A DNA stretch of 64,000 bases from Calcarisporiella thermophila CBS 279.70 (GCF_041956535.1 NW_027192227.1:74977-138976), one strand, 5' to 3'. Positions 1 through 11,977 are shown, numbered from the stretch's first letter. Made by a program: numbers and translations. The notes: generated from the sequence alone by a model not told the origin.

Positions 1-1029
1 CATAGATAATCAGCATTCAAACACTAGAATCAAGGTCCGGAATCCTTATGACGAATCCAAAGCTAATACATTCTTTACGATCGATGGACTTTTATTCCAG
101 AGGAGTTCAGACGAGAATTGCCAGGATCAATTATGCATCCCTGATCATGCGAATTTTATGCACTCACTACTCCAAGTGAAGCACAACGTTCCCAGTTCGG
201 TCTACTCTGAATGGAGCAAAGCGTTAGATTTGTTACATCGATAATACTATTGGCCCAAAATGGCAGTTGTTCGGTATCATGTATCTAGTCGCGCTCCTGG
301 TTAAGGCAATATTTAACATCATCCGGTAACGTTTGAGGTTGGAGGTCTTGTGATGCTTTTTGCCGAGATCCTTAATCACCTGTGCTCATCGACAAATCTA
401 CAAAGAAATTTTTACCTTTGTGTATTGGGCTGCTTATGGTCCAAAAAAGGGTGAGCTCGCAGCCATGAAACATTTCGAGTTCACACGATGGAAATCGTTT
501 CTCGATCGAACCCTTTTGAGGATACTCCAATCGAACTCAGGGCATGCGAGCTACATTTTTTTCCCATTTTCTGTGAAAATACTGGAGTCCCAGGATATGA
601 GGTTGAAGATATACTTCGAATGTACGGGCACAGAAAAAGGAGTACTTGGTCTATTGGTGATGATAGCTTGGGGGAAAAGTGTGAACCACTGGAACATCTT
701 TGCGATACTACACACGTCTCTCGACTATTCAAAGCCATACCGTCGTCTCAATTGGCAATATATCTGATTTCAAAGTGAGGACGGTGTAGCGAGACGAGTT
801 ATCTCCCTGATATGAGATAACGTTTTTTGTTATCATTTTGTTATATTTTACTATTATTTTTTGTGTGAATTAACTTAAAAGATGTATATTGAGTTTGTTC
901 TTGGAAAGTACCCACGCTGGGTCATATATCCCAATCATATATAAAGCTACAGCTACTTTATATTATCGCTCCACTCCTATTTATTTTTCCTATTAGGTTC
1001 GCTCTCTGCCTGCCTGTCGAACCGTTACG
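1..1029 (+). mobile_element. 3' part of degenerate Ty3/gypsy chromovirus-like LTR retrotransposon (integrase remnants, chromodomain, PPT, 3' LTR 785-~1029)
   Basis: Frameshifted chromodomain-like YEVEDIL...EYLVYW...CEPLEHL at ~595-710; purine tract then TGTAGCG at 785; LTR-like end CCGTTAC at ~1022-1028; aligns by eye with the elements at 18.4-22.2 kb and 55-60 kb. Confidence 0.75.
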
Positions 1030-1080
1030 CTTTAGCTCCGTGGGGTTCCTTGTATTTAAATGTATTGGCTACCATCATTC

Positions 1081-1120
1081 TAGTGCCATGTGAATAATCT
1101 TAACGCAAAAATTGACTCTA
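1081..1120 (+). promoter_or_regulatory. Conserved ABCB upstream block CCATGTGAATAATCTTAACG...TTGACTC (E-box CATGTG plus TGACTC core)
   Basis: CATGTGA lies ~520-550 bp upstream of the ATG in four ABCB copies (1087, 22239, 47002, 60097); TTGACTC follows in three of them. Function is inferred. Confidence 0.4.
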
Positions 1121-1614
1121 CTCAACGGAGCCTCAGAATAAACTTTTTCGATGATACAAATAATAATTTCTAAAAGTGATTTATTCTTTTTGTCGCACAT
1201 CTTATTTTACGCTCTTAGTTGAAAATTTAAACTTTCTAACAAGATGTATTGTATATACCATAATATGGTTACGTATATAGGTTTTTGCCAGATGCCTGTA
1301 ATGTAAACAAAGATACTGCATATTCAATTGTTAATAGAGTGACGGATGCTATGCTTGATGGGAATGAGGTGGCTTTGATATACCACTCTTACTGTCAAAG
1401 CAATAAAAATGCTAACCTTAAACTCTCTTTGAGCTAGTTACACATTAATTTTGGTTTAGAATAATTTTTGAGTTGTAAGCTAGAGAATATTTAAAGGACC
1501 TTTTCGAGGGCGATACGTGTGCATATAATATTCTAATTTCGAACGTACTTCATTGTGATATTGAAATTCAATAATCCGATCCATATATAAGAACATCTTA
1601 TTTAATTAATATAT

Positions 1615-4600
1615 ATGGAGCTCTCCGCGTTAAAAGATGAAAACAATTCTAAATCCGCTCAATGTCCGAGAACAAAAAAGCTTTTAAACAATCCATTCAG
1701 TAAGCTACGAAAACAAAATGAGGAAGCTCCTAAGATATCCTATTTTCACCTTTATCGATATGCGAGTAAGTTTGATGTACTATTGATTTTGTAGGTAATC
1801 CTATAATTCCAATATGGTCGATTACAGATTTTAAATATATTTTTATAGCCTCGGAATATTGTCTAGTATTACGGCTGGCATTACTAGGTCATACACTCTT
1901 GTATCATTATGGAAAGCTGTCGCTACTATCACTTCAATAGAAGACTCGGACATTAACAACCAGGATATGATTGGTGTCATTATACCGTTATTGGGAATAG
2001 TAATTTCAGTCATATTTTCATCGTATTTGTTAAATTGTTTTTGGTCCCTTGCAGGTGAGAACCAGACAAAGGTAAGGAACTATCATCGTTTGTATGAAAT
2101 ATATTTTGAATGTAATTTATGAATTTTGTACAGAGAATCCGCGAGCTATACTTTCATTCTATTCTCCATCAGGATCAGGGTTGGTTTGATCTAAATCAGT
2201 CGGAGTCGTTCAACACTCGCCTTACGGCTGACACTTTGCTCATTCAAGATGGCCTTTCAGAAAAGGCCGGATTTCTCGTTAAAGACATATCGTATGCTCT
2301 CTGTTGTTTTACGCTAGCATTTTATTATGGATGGAGGCAGTCAATTGTATTACTTGTAATTGTTCCGATAACGATATTTTCGGGAATTGCATTTGCATAC
2401 GTATTAAAAGGGCAGATTGAAAAAATTCAGAATGCTTATTCGAATGCAGGGACCCTAGTAGAACAATGTATTTCCGGAATTCGCACAATTACCGCCTTTT
2501 CCATGCAGCATCATTTTATTGATCTCTACAATTCTTTTCTCAATGTTGCCTATCGAGCAGGCGTCCAGAATGCTATGAGAACCGGTGAGTCAAATTAACA
2601 GAAATAATTTTGAGAATGGCTATGTTTAATATGAAATCGATTTCAAGGGATTTTTTTGGGATTGGTGGATTTTTTTGAACTTAGTGCCTATAGCTTTGGT
2701 TTTTGGTATGGAGCTCGCTTAATTTCTCAGGGAGTTATGACAAGAACGGCAGTATTGCAAGCCTTATATTTAATACTTGCAGGGTCAATCGTATTAGGGT
2801 AAATTCACTCAATTCATCACAAATACAATCATTAGAACTCTATCCATCCAAACATTTTTAGTGAAGGAGCACCAAATATCAAAGCTCTCGTGGAAGCTCA
2901 GGTGGCGGCATATAAGATATTTTCAGTCATAGACCGTAAGCCAATTATCACCTCGAGCATTAAATCTCAGAGCGAGAATATAAAATGTAGTGCTTGCCAA
3001 GGAGCGATAACGCTTTGTGATGTCCATTTTAGCTATCCTTCTCGCCCAAAAGTCCCAGTATTGTCAGGAATCGATCTTAGTATTCCAAGTGGCAAAACGG
3101 TCGCACTCGTTGGTGCTTCTGGAGGAGGAAAATCAACCATAACGCATTTGATACAGCGTTTTTATGATCCAACCTCGGGCAAGGTTCTGCTGGATGGAGT
3201 GGAGTTGCGTGAGCTTGATGTAAGTTGGCTGCGGAAGCAAATCGGAGTAGTCGGGCAGGAACCAGTCCTATTCGATGATACTATTCACAACAATATTTCC
3301 CTTGGAGCACCCGATCGCAACCCGACACAAAAAGAGATCGAAGAAGCTTGCATTATGGCAAATTGTCACGATTTCATCGTTAAACTACCACAAGGATATG
3401 GTACGAGAGTTGGTGAATTAGGATCTCAGCTATCCGGAGGCCAAAAACAACGTATTGCATTAGCAAGAGCCCTAATTCGTAATCCAGCAATTCTGTTGCT
3501 AGATGAGGCAACCTCTGCGCTTGATAGCGCATCCGAAAAATTGGTGCAAGAAGCTTTAAATTCAGCTTCTAAAAATCGGACGACTTTAATCATTGCACAT
3601 CGACTCTCTACAATCCGGGAGGCCGATTGGATTGTGGTAGTAGAAAATGGAAAGATAGTTGAGCAGGGCACACATGCACAATTAATGGCAAATAAGGGTA
3701 CTTATATGGCGTATGTGGAGAAACAGCAGCTCAAAGATGATGAGGACAACAACGAAGAGAATTCCGTTGATTCAATCTTCGAGATGACAAGTAAAGTAGA
3801 AGCAGAAAGCAAGACGGTCATAACAAGTGATTCGAAGCATAACAATAATTTGGAGAAGCCAACCGGTGTGAAACTCATCTCAGAAAAACGGCCATTATAC
3901 AGAACGGTGCAAATGATGTCCCCGGAATGGAAGTTCATTGGACTAGCTACATTTGGGGGACTTGTAATTGGAGCTGTAAGTTGTTTTCTGCCTTTATTTA
4001 ATATTTTAATATGGCCAAATAACTATTTTTTTCCAGGTCTATCCTATTGCTGGTCTGTTAATTGGCCGTATTATTACTGATCTTGGCCTGCCCGTAGATC
4101 AAGTGGAAGAATCTGCCAAATTTTGGTCTCTTTTATTTTGTAAGTAACTCAATTAATATATCAACTAATTTCAGATTAAAATAAATAACTACGTCTCAAT
4201 ATAGTCGTGTTAGCTGTCACTGGTTTCTTTGCAGTTATTTTAAGAAGCGGGGTTACTCTTTTTTGTGGTGAACGTTTCGTTCGGCGATTGCGAGCACAAA
4301 TATTTAGCAACCTCTTGCGTCAAGAAATTGCATTTTTTGACCACCCAGAACACACTACAAGTGCTCTTACTTACAGATTAGCTAAAGATGCCACAGAGAT
4401 ATCAGAATTACCAAAATTGATCATCGTTGACGGAGGAAGTGTTTTTTCGGCATTGTTTTTTGGGTTACTAGTAGGTTTTAGTTATGGGTGGAAATTAACA
4501 TTGGCACTGCTACCAACAATGCCTCTTGTTATTGGCTCATTGGTAATCCGCTTCAAGTCATTGAATGGGTAATAGTGTTGCAATGTGATTTGAAGACAAG

Positions 4601-5998
4601 GTGCCATAATGCAATTTTAGTTTTTCAGGAAAAGTGGAAAAAGAATATCGACTGGCTGGAATAGTTGCTGGAGAGGCTATTCGTGAAATAAGGACCATTG
4701 CATCACTCGGAGCTGAGCAAGCTTTTGAAAAAAAGTATACAGGTTGGTAATGTGTCTGGCCTTAGCATTCAACAATGTTTGAAGACCGAATATTTATAAA
4801 AAGGGTATTGTCAGGTTCCACACAGCTTCGCAATGAAAAAGGCTTTTATTACCTCCATTGGTTTTGGGTTGTCTCAAGGTGTAAATTACCTCGTCCAAAT
4901 TTTGGGATTGTATCTCGGAGCACGCTTTATACATTCTGGTGAAATGACATCTCAGCAAGTCGCAGTAGTGTTGTTTACAGTCGTCTGGTCATCTCTAGGA
5001 GTAAGCCAATTCTCTGGTCAAATGTCCAGATTTGTGAAAGCCAAACAAGCAGCCATCAATTTATTTGAATTGCTTGATAAAAAAACAATGATCGATCCAG
5101 ATGCACCTGGTGAATTTGAAGCAATAGCTCCTGGTACTGCTGAATTGCAAAATATTGCTTTCACCTATCCAATGAGATCCGACACGATTGTACTAAGAGA
5201 TGTGTCAATTCTGATTCGTCGATATCAAAAGATCGCTCTAGTAGGTCCGAGTGGGTGTGGAAAGTCAACCATCATTTCATTGTTACTCCGATGGTATGAT
5301 TGCAACTCGGGTGCAGTATCCGTTGATGGTATAAATGTCAAAGAGTGGCAGCTGGATTCGATGCGACAAAGAATTGCCTATGTTGGTCAAGAGCCGGTGT
5401 TGTTTGATATGACGGTGAGGGAGAATATCTTGCTTGGGCGGCGAAAGGACCAAGAAGTGACACAAGAGGATATCGAAGAGGTGGCAAAGAAGGCAAACAT
5501 ACACGATTTCATCTGTAGTCTTCCCAATGGATATCATACACGGGTGGGGGATAAAGGAAAGCAGCTGTCAGGAGGTCAAAAGCAAAGAATTGCTATTGCA
5601 AGAGCTCTGCTAAGAAAACCTGAGATCTTGTTGTTGGATGAAGCCACCAGTGCACTGGATTCGGACTCGGAGAAGTTAGTGCAGGAGGCACTAGATAGCG
5701 CAATGGTGGGACGTACGACACTTGTCATTGCCCATCGATTATCTACGGTGCAAGGTTCAGATTTTATCAGTGGGTGTATCTATATTCTCCAAAGTTGTAT
5801 GAATGAATCTAACTTCATATTATTAGTTGTTATGAAAGATGGTGAGATAAAAGAAGCAGGGTAGATTTATATTTTCTTTACTCATTCATCTCTTGATATC
5901 GTATTGACAATGTTACAATTAATAGCGAACATGCCAAGTTGATTGCATATCCTGGAATATATCGCAAGCTACTGAAACAACAGAATCTGAATTATTAG
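1615..5998 (+). CDS. ABCB-1: intact full-size ABCB/MDR1 (P-glycoprotein-like) ABC exporter, TMD-NBD-TMD-NBD, ~1258 aa, 11 exons
   Basis: Exons 1615-1790, 1849-2071, 2134-2584, 2648-2798, 2862-3975, 4037-4139, 4205-4568, 4621-4742, 4804-5769, 5827-5860, 5926-5998 (3777 nt, in frame, GT-AG). Walker A GASGGGKST and GPSGCGKST, Q-loop VGQEPVLF, signature [10 protein letters not shown], Walker [13 protein letters not shown]-loop IAHRLST, and ABCB-typical QEIAFFD motif. Confidence 0.93.
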
Positions 5999-6345
5999 TA
6001 ATTTAATAGTCCGTGTTCAACAGTCTGTGCCACAGTAGGGTGAGGAGGTTTTATTAAATAGAACGAGCAATTTTCAATGATATCTACGAGAAATCTCTAA
6101 GATCCTCTTTATGGCAGAATCAATATATAAACCCAACGTTAATGAATATAAAAAACAAAGAATTATTTAGTCAAAGATAAGGATGAGTGTATATCAGAGA
6201 TAGACATAAATAGAGTATCATAATATTTGAAAAATAGGAACAGCAATCTAACAAGACTCGAAGTCGGGTGCTTTCTTATATCAAGCTCATAATATATCTT
6301 ATAAGAAATATTTTACCAGAAAATAGTAGAGAATCTTATTACATA

Positions 6346-6354
6346 TCATGTGAT
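6346..6354 (+). promoter_or_regulatory. TCATGTGAT (RTCACRTG / bHLH E-box-type) element upstream of MHR genes
   Basis: Identical 9-mer ~295-330 bp upstream of the ATG of MHR-1, -4, -7 and -8 (6346, 30722, 41603, 52581), with more diverged flanks. Confidence 0.4.
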
Positions 6355-6657
6355 AAATAGATGATTCGTCCCACTACACAAGAGAAATACCTTCGCCATG
6401 ATCTATTTGTAGTGATATGTTGCTCCTCTCCAACCCTATGCTTATATATTCTAACCTAACCTCGATAGAGCAACTAGATTGAACTAGTGTTTTTCAACCT
6501 TATTTAAAAAATTATTGCAATATGGGATTGGCTGTTCCTAAATCTAGCGGGAATTAAGTTAAGGTGGTTAGTTCTAGATTTCCAATTCCACGACAATGTA
6601 TTTGGAAGCGAATATAGATATCCTGGGTTCCCCATTTCGAGAGTAGCATCTTCTGCC

Positions 6658-8420
6658 ATGTATACCCGCCAATGGCTAGCTGCGCCAATGGATACCGCAT
6701 GCACCACTTATGCTGACGATTCTGTAGATGAAACTGAATACCATCTGCGGGAGAGTCCTAAACTTTGCAATTTACTCATGACTTCAGATGCTTTGCAATT
6801 CCAACTCAAGCTGAATTCATATACCGATCTACATTATCTTCTCAACGCCGAATACCTTTTTAATGGCATCTTATTACCAGAAAAGCTTCTTCGCCCGCAC
6901 ATATACGCATATACTACCAGCAGAGATCAGATAGGTTATTGCTCTTACTTCAAAATCCCTTCTCTCCCAAAACCAATCGAAGACAAAATCCTCTGGTGGC
7001 CGACAAGATCAAATATTGTCAGAGAGAAACTGCTCAAGGATCAACTTTTTCATGTGTATTTGAGTGCTTGCGGTGTAGATTCTATGCACCCAGACTGTGA
7101 AGCTTTTCTTGAAAGCTACTATAGCTGCGATCTCGAGCCTGCCCTCGTCCACACTGCTGTCGCCAGAGTAGCTATCCACTTATTACTTAAACATCCAGAG
7201 ACTCCTCTTAAAAATAAGCTTCATGCGGTCGTAGGAAGTTGGTTTGAACAAGCAAAACAATCATTGGCGGATGTATTTGATATTCCATCTCCACTTATTG
7301 TACTTGCCTTTATGAATATGGATGCATGTCTGCAGGAGCTTTCACGGTATAATGATGCATACACACTCTACTCGCAGGCTGCCCAAATAGCACTTTCTCT
7401 ACAGATGTATAAGGACGATGCTACAGAGAGAGATCCCGTGAAACTAGAGTTTCGAAGAAGAATCTGGTAATAACAAGCATTTGCTTGCTACATAATTCAT
7501 ATGAATACAATAATACCAAGTAAATCGTATGTTTCCAAGGGCTGATGTTTGCTGGCGAGAGTTATTCTATGTATTTACTTGCGACAAATCCCCTTTAATA
7601 AGCATGGATATCATCAAATCATCTCCTAAACCAATGTTGACAAGGAGGGATAGCGAGACGTATAAGTTGAAAACAGTAATAAGATATAAAAATTGCTGAT
7701 GATTTATTTTATCAAATTAACTAGAAGTTATAGATAACTTTCATAATGAAGGCTGTCACATATTCTAAGCTTTTGGAGTTACAGAACATCGATTGGACAC
7801 TTCCCGATGTTATAATTGTGCAAAACCTTGCTGGCCTTGCTGCATATTTGCTGAACGAACGAATCGAAACGATTCAATACTGCGGTGAAAACAGCCTTTT
7901 AAAGATTAAGTTGCCTTTTGCAAATTTCAATTTTTGGGAAGATTGGTGTGCACTTTGGCGGCAATTTATTAAATCAGACGCACCTACAGGGAGATTGGAA
8001 ACAGATTTAATGCGGCAGTTGCATGTAAAGGCACTCAACGAGTTTGTAAAGGTAAATGTATTTTTGGATTCTGTATACCGGTTGAATGTCGCATTATACC
8101 GTTTACACCCCATTAAGTAGGGTTTAATATATCGCATAAGGTTCATTGCATGGTCGATTAATTCGCAAATCAAATGCATTTTGAGAATCCCTACGACGAT
8201 GCATAATATTTGCGAAGATGTTAAATTCATCACTCAAATGCATCCCGGTGTCCGGATACGTCGCAGAATATTCCAGGAGGTTTTCAAAATAGTAAATAAT
8301 CTTCCAGCACCGGGAACGAGAGGAATTTTGACACAGCTGCTCACACGTCAATTAATGGATGTATTAGAAGAGATTAAGCCAACAGTATTTTCAAAGGAGG
8401 TGCTGGAAAGAGCAGTCTAA
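6658..8420 (+). CDS. MHR-1: fungal-specific transcription factor (Fungal_trans/MHR-like) domain protein without Zn2Cys6 domain, ~520 aa, 4 exons
   Basis: Exons 6658-7466, 7540-7675, 7734-8051, 8121-8420 (1563 nt, in frame). Pattern HP.EAFL...PALVHTAVA..AIH...AKQSL...IVLAF...A.QIALSL.M.KD...EFRRRIWADVC matches the Fungal_trans motif order. Confidence 0.8.
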
Positions 8421-8812
8421 AATCAAAGCAAAAATATATCAAAAACCGAAAAACAAAAAATACTGGAGTGATTGGATTATACTATATTGTTATTTTCATA
8501 CCATTGTTTAATTTTGAAACAGCAAAAAATAATGTCTTTTGGTATTAATTACTAGAACACTATAATTTTCAACAAAAAATCTCTGATGACCTAACCTAAG
8601 CGAAACAATCTTTGAGGGGACGAAAATAGCACTAGAAGAAATTAGTATAAAATTAATACTAAGCCGTAGGATATGCTAGACTCAGTGTTCTATGAAAAAT
8701 TTACAGCATAGTGTGAACTATTGAGACTTGATTCACTGTGGTTCTCAATTTCCAAATCAATAAACCACCACTGAATTTGGAAAGCGAAAACAAATATCTT
8801 TGATTCTTTCAT

Positions 8813-11800
8813 ATAGACTGCGGACTAGGTCAGCAGTCCACGATGATGAGGCCGTTTTTAAGCTGGCTTACTTCCGTCTAAAAACTGGATCCAACCTCGC
8901 CACACCCCACAAACCGAAAGATCGATAGAGAGCCGCCAGGCGCGTTGCTCTCCCCAATACCATTCCGCGAAAGACAGATGGAATCTATCGGAAGAACAAG
9001 AGGATATGATTAGACACCTTAAATCATACGCTCCAGCCCACACCTTGACCACAAACGAGCGGCAAGATATCTGGGATGACAATCCTCCTCGGGAGGACTT
9101 TAACTACGACCCTCCTTCAATGAACGCAGCAAAGTTGTCGAATATGAGCGCAATGTAGAGAAGACATGACATGAATCTGGCAGAACTTTCAAAAGAAGTA
9201 ATACTGATTACGCGTCCTTTGGACATATACTTATGCGATCTATACAAACTGCGCAATGTATTGGGGGAGGAAATATTCCACAGATTTTTCTATCGAGGAA
9301 TTGACGTTCGCAATATGTTATTCATTTGCATCACAGGTCACAGCCGCCAGGCAGCGCGAGTTCCACAAAGCTGCAAACATTCCTGCCAGCGCTTCTAGTC
9401 AAAAAGAAGGAAGGAATCTTGTGTTTGAGGAATGAACTTTGCACGAGAACCTGGCATCGAGAAAAGTCGGAATCCGTCCGCGAAGAAGACGGATGCAAAC
9501 CCCCAGGGATGATCCGCAACAGCCACAAGCATACGAACGGTCCTCAAATGCGTCGTAGTCAACCATTCAAACCAAAAAACTGGAAAATGACGGGCGGGGC
9601 AAATCGGCCCTCCCCGTCCAATGGTTAAGTCACATCGCAAGTCCTCGACAGGTAAAGCCCCGCGTGCCGGTCGGGGGACGGTTGCGAACATTCAAAAACG
9701 CGTGGTGAGAAATTCCCGCACCAGCTTGGATACACAGAATCGTCAAAGCGGGATACACAATTCAGTTCTGGAAGCAACCAGACCTCAACCACCTCTCCCC
9801 ACCAAAAAGTCTTCCCGCCAATCAAGCAAGCGCAGCAGTCATATCGGTAGAGGTGAGAGCTCTGTTGGAGAAACGGGCGATAGAGGAAGTCCCGATGAAC
9901 TCTCCGGGTGTAGTATCCAACATCTTTGTGATCGAGAAACGCTCGGGGAAGTTGCGCCCGGTGGTGGATCTCCGTCGTCTCAATCTATCGGTGAAGAAGG
10001 AGCACTTCAAGATGGAGACGCTCCAGTCAATCCTGCCACTCATACAGAGGCGTGATTGGATGACGTCGATAGACCTCAAGGATGCATTCTTCCACATCCC
10101 GGTTCATACGAAGTCCAGGAGGCTTCTCTAATTTATATGGGCAAGAAATATCATTTCAGAGTTCTCCCCTTCGGACTAACTTCTTCCCTCAGAATCTTCA
10201 CCAAAGTCCTTCGCCCCGTCCTTACAGAATGCCGGAAGATGATAATAAGAGTGGCTGCCTACTTGGACGGCCTACTGGTCGCATCTCCGACGAAGGAAAA
10301 GGCCAGAGAGCACACGCAAACGCTTGTCAATATCCTGGAGAAATATGGCTTCCTAGTGAATCAGGAGAAGTCCGCTCTCATGCCAACGCAAGTGATCGAG
10401 CACTTGGGTTTCAGGATAAATACAGGCAATATGACGCTCAGGCTCCCACGGAAGAAGGTCAGAGACATATCGCGGGTAGCTCTCAAACTCTCCAAAGTGG
10501 GAACAACCACCCCTCGTCAGGTTGCAGCGTTTCTCGGGTCAGCAAACGCGGCATGTCCGGCGATCATGCCAGGAAGACTATTTTCACGCTTGCTAATGAT
10601 GGCTCTGACGGCAGCGCTAAATACTGACCCTAACTGGGATTCCACCTTCACGATACCCGAGCAGGGACTGAAGGAACTCGACTGGTGGGCGCAGGAGTTC
10701 AAACGGTGGAACGGGAGGTCATTTCTACCCCCAGCTCCAGCGATATTCGTTACCACAGATGCATCAGGCGATGGCTGGGGGACGCAATTCCAATCCACGA
10801 TCATCGGGGGTCCTTGGTCCCAAGAAGAGAGGGAGTTCCATATCAACTGGAAAGAACTCAAAGCCGTGGAACTTTGCCTGGAAGCGTTTCCGACTCTCAA
10901 GGATATAACTATACTAATCCGGATAGAGAATAGCACGGCCCTAGCGTATATCAACAATCACGGGGAGACGCGTTCACCACGTTTCAACGAAATTGCTCAA
11001 AGGATATTGAAATTCTGCCTAGAATGGCGCATACAATTGGTCGTAGAGCATATTACAGGCAGCCTGAATATGAAAGCAGACGTGGCCTCGCGGCAAATAA
11101 GGGCGAGCTAATCCTGGTACATCGACAGACGCTAGTTCGCCAGAATCGAGAAGACATGGGGACCTCATACGGTTGATTTTTTCGCAGACAGGTTAATTAT
11201 TCCAATCCTCCATGGGCATTGATATCCCGCACTTGCGCAAGATAATAATCGATCAGATCGATATGACGTTGGTGACACCCCACTGGTCTTCAGCTCCGTG
11301 GTTCCCATTGCTACAACAACTGAGGCTAGCGGGACCTATCAAATTCCCGCGGAAAGCGATTCGCCTCGCAACCCCGTTGACGAAACATCCTCTCAAGATC
11401 AAGTCGTGACTTTTGACCGCCTGGCGCATCTCAGGGAGGAATTGCGATCAAAGGGTTTGACCTTAGAGGCACAAAGGATCGTTTTACAGCACCAGGAAAC
11501 CTCAGGAAAACACCGTAGCTAACTTTCAGCACAAAAGAAATGGATCTCATAGTGCAATGAAAATGGAGTCACTCCTTTTCTTGTCCCTGCTTCACGATCC
11601 CACCCTTCACTTCTTTTCTTTTTCCATTTTACTTTGTTTATTGTACCATTAATTATTTTCTTTAATTTCTTTTAATTCCCCTTCTTCTTCTCGGGAAAGG
11701 TCAAGGAGTCGTACTTGCAGAACGACAACCTTATATAGTTTTAATCCTCACTTTTTATTATCTAAGTAAATTTCACTGAATTCCATTCTTACTTCAAATT

Positions 11801-11977
11801 CTCTGATAGATCTAGTCAATCTGTTAATCTGTTAATCTTTTAATTTTTTTCCTTTTTTATTCTTCTGGAAGTAGCTCAAATTTGACCAATAAACGGCCTC
11901 ATCATCGTGAAGCATGGACTGCTGATTGCCAATTCCGTTTCGACTAAGCTGTCGCATACGCTAGGCTTAGTATCGAA
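8813..11977 (+). mobile_element. DIRS1-type (tyrosine-recombinase) retrotransposon, degenerate, recombinase ORF largely deleted
   Basis: Inverted terminal repeats 8821-8857 and ~11891-11937 (CAGCAGTCCACGATGATGAGGCCGTTT versus its reverse complement with a 7-nt insertion); broken gag-like region ~8870-9628; RT/RNase H; methyltransferase-like remnant (WGPHTVDFFA, TLVTPHWSSAPWFP). The flanks rejoin into the MHR 5' leader. Confidence 0.85.
9853..11111 (+). pseudogene. DIRS reverse transcriptase / RNase H, frameshifted
   Basis: LRPVVDLRRLN, SIDLKDAFFHIP, LPFGL, YLDG (expected YLDD), TDAS, HINWKELKAV, ADVASR; stop/frameshift near 10131. Confidence 0.85.

Noticed and set aside
3426-3938. Recurrent minus-strand ORFs (MPCSTIFPFS..., MNFHSGDII...) in each ABCB copy
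   Set aside because: Antisense shadows of conserved NBD and linker codons; they recur only because the sense gene is duplicated.
2119-5864. ORF-track pieces read as separate genes in a prokaryote-like operon
   Set aside because: They are exons joined by conserved GT-AG introns into a single in-frame 1258-aa protein.
7874-8351. Recurrent minus-strand ORFs over MHR exons 3-4
   Set aside because: Antisense shadows within near-identical tracts; not maintained across all copies.
9621-10627. Overlapping alternative-frame ORFs inside the DIRS element
   Set aside because: Overlapping frames are common in GC-richer DIRS pol regions; these have no recognisable domain and the element is degenerate.
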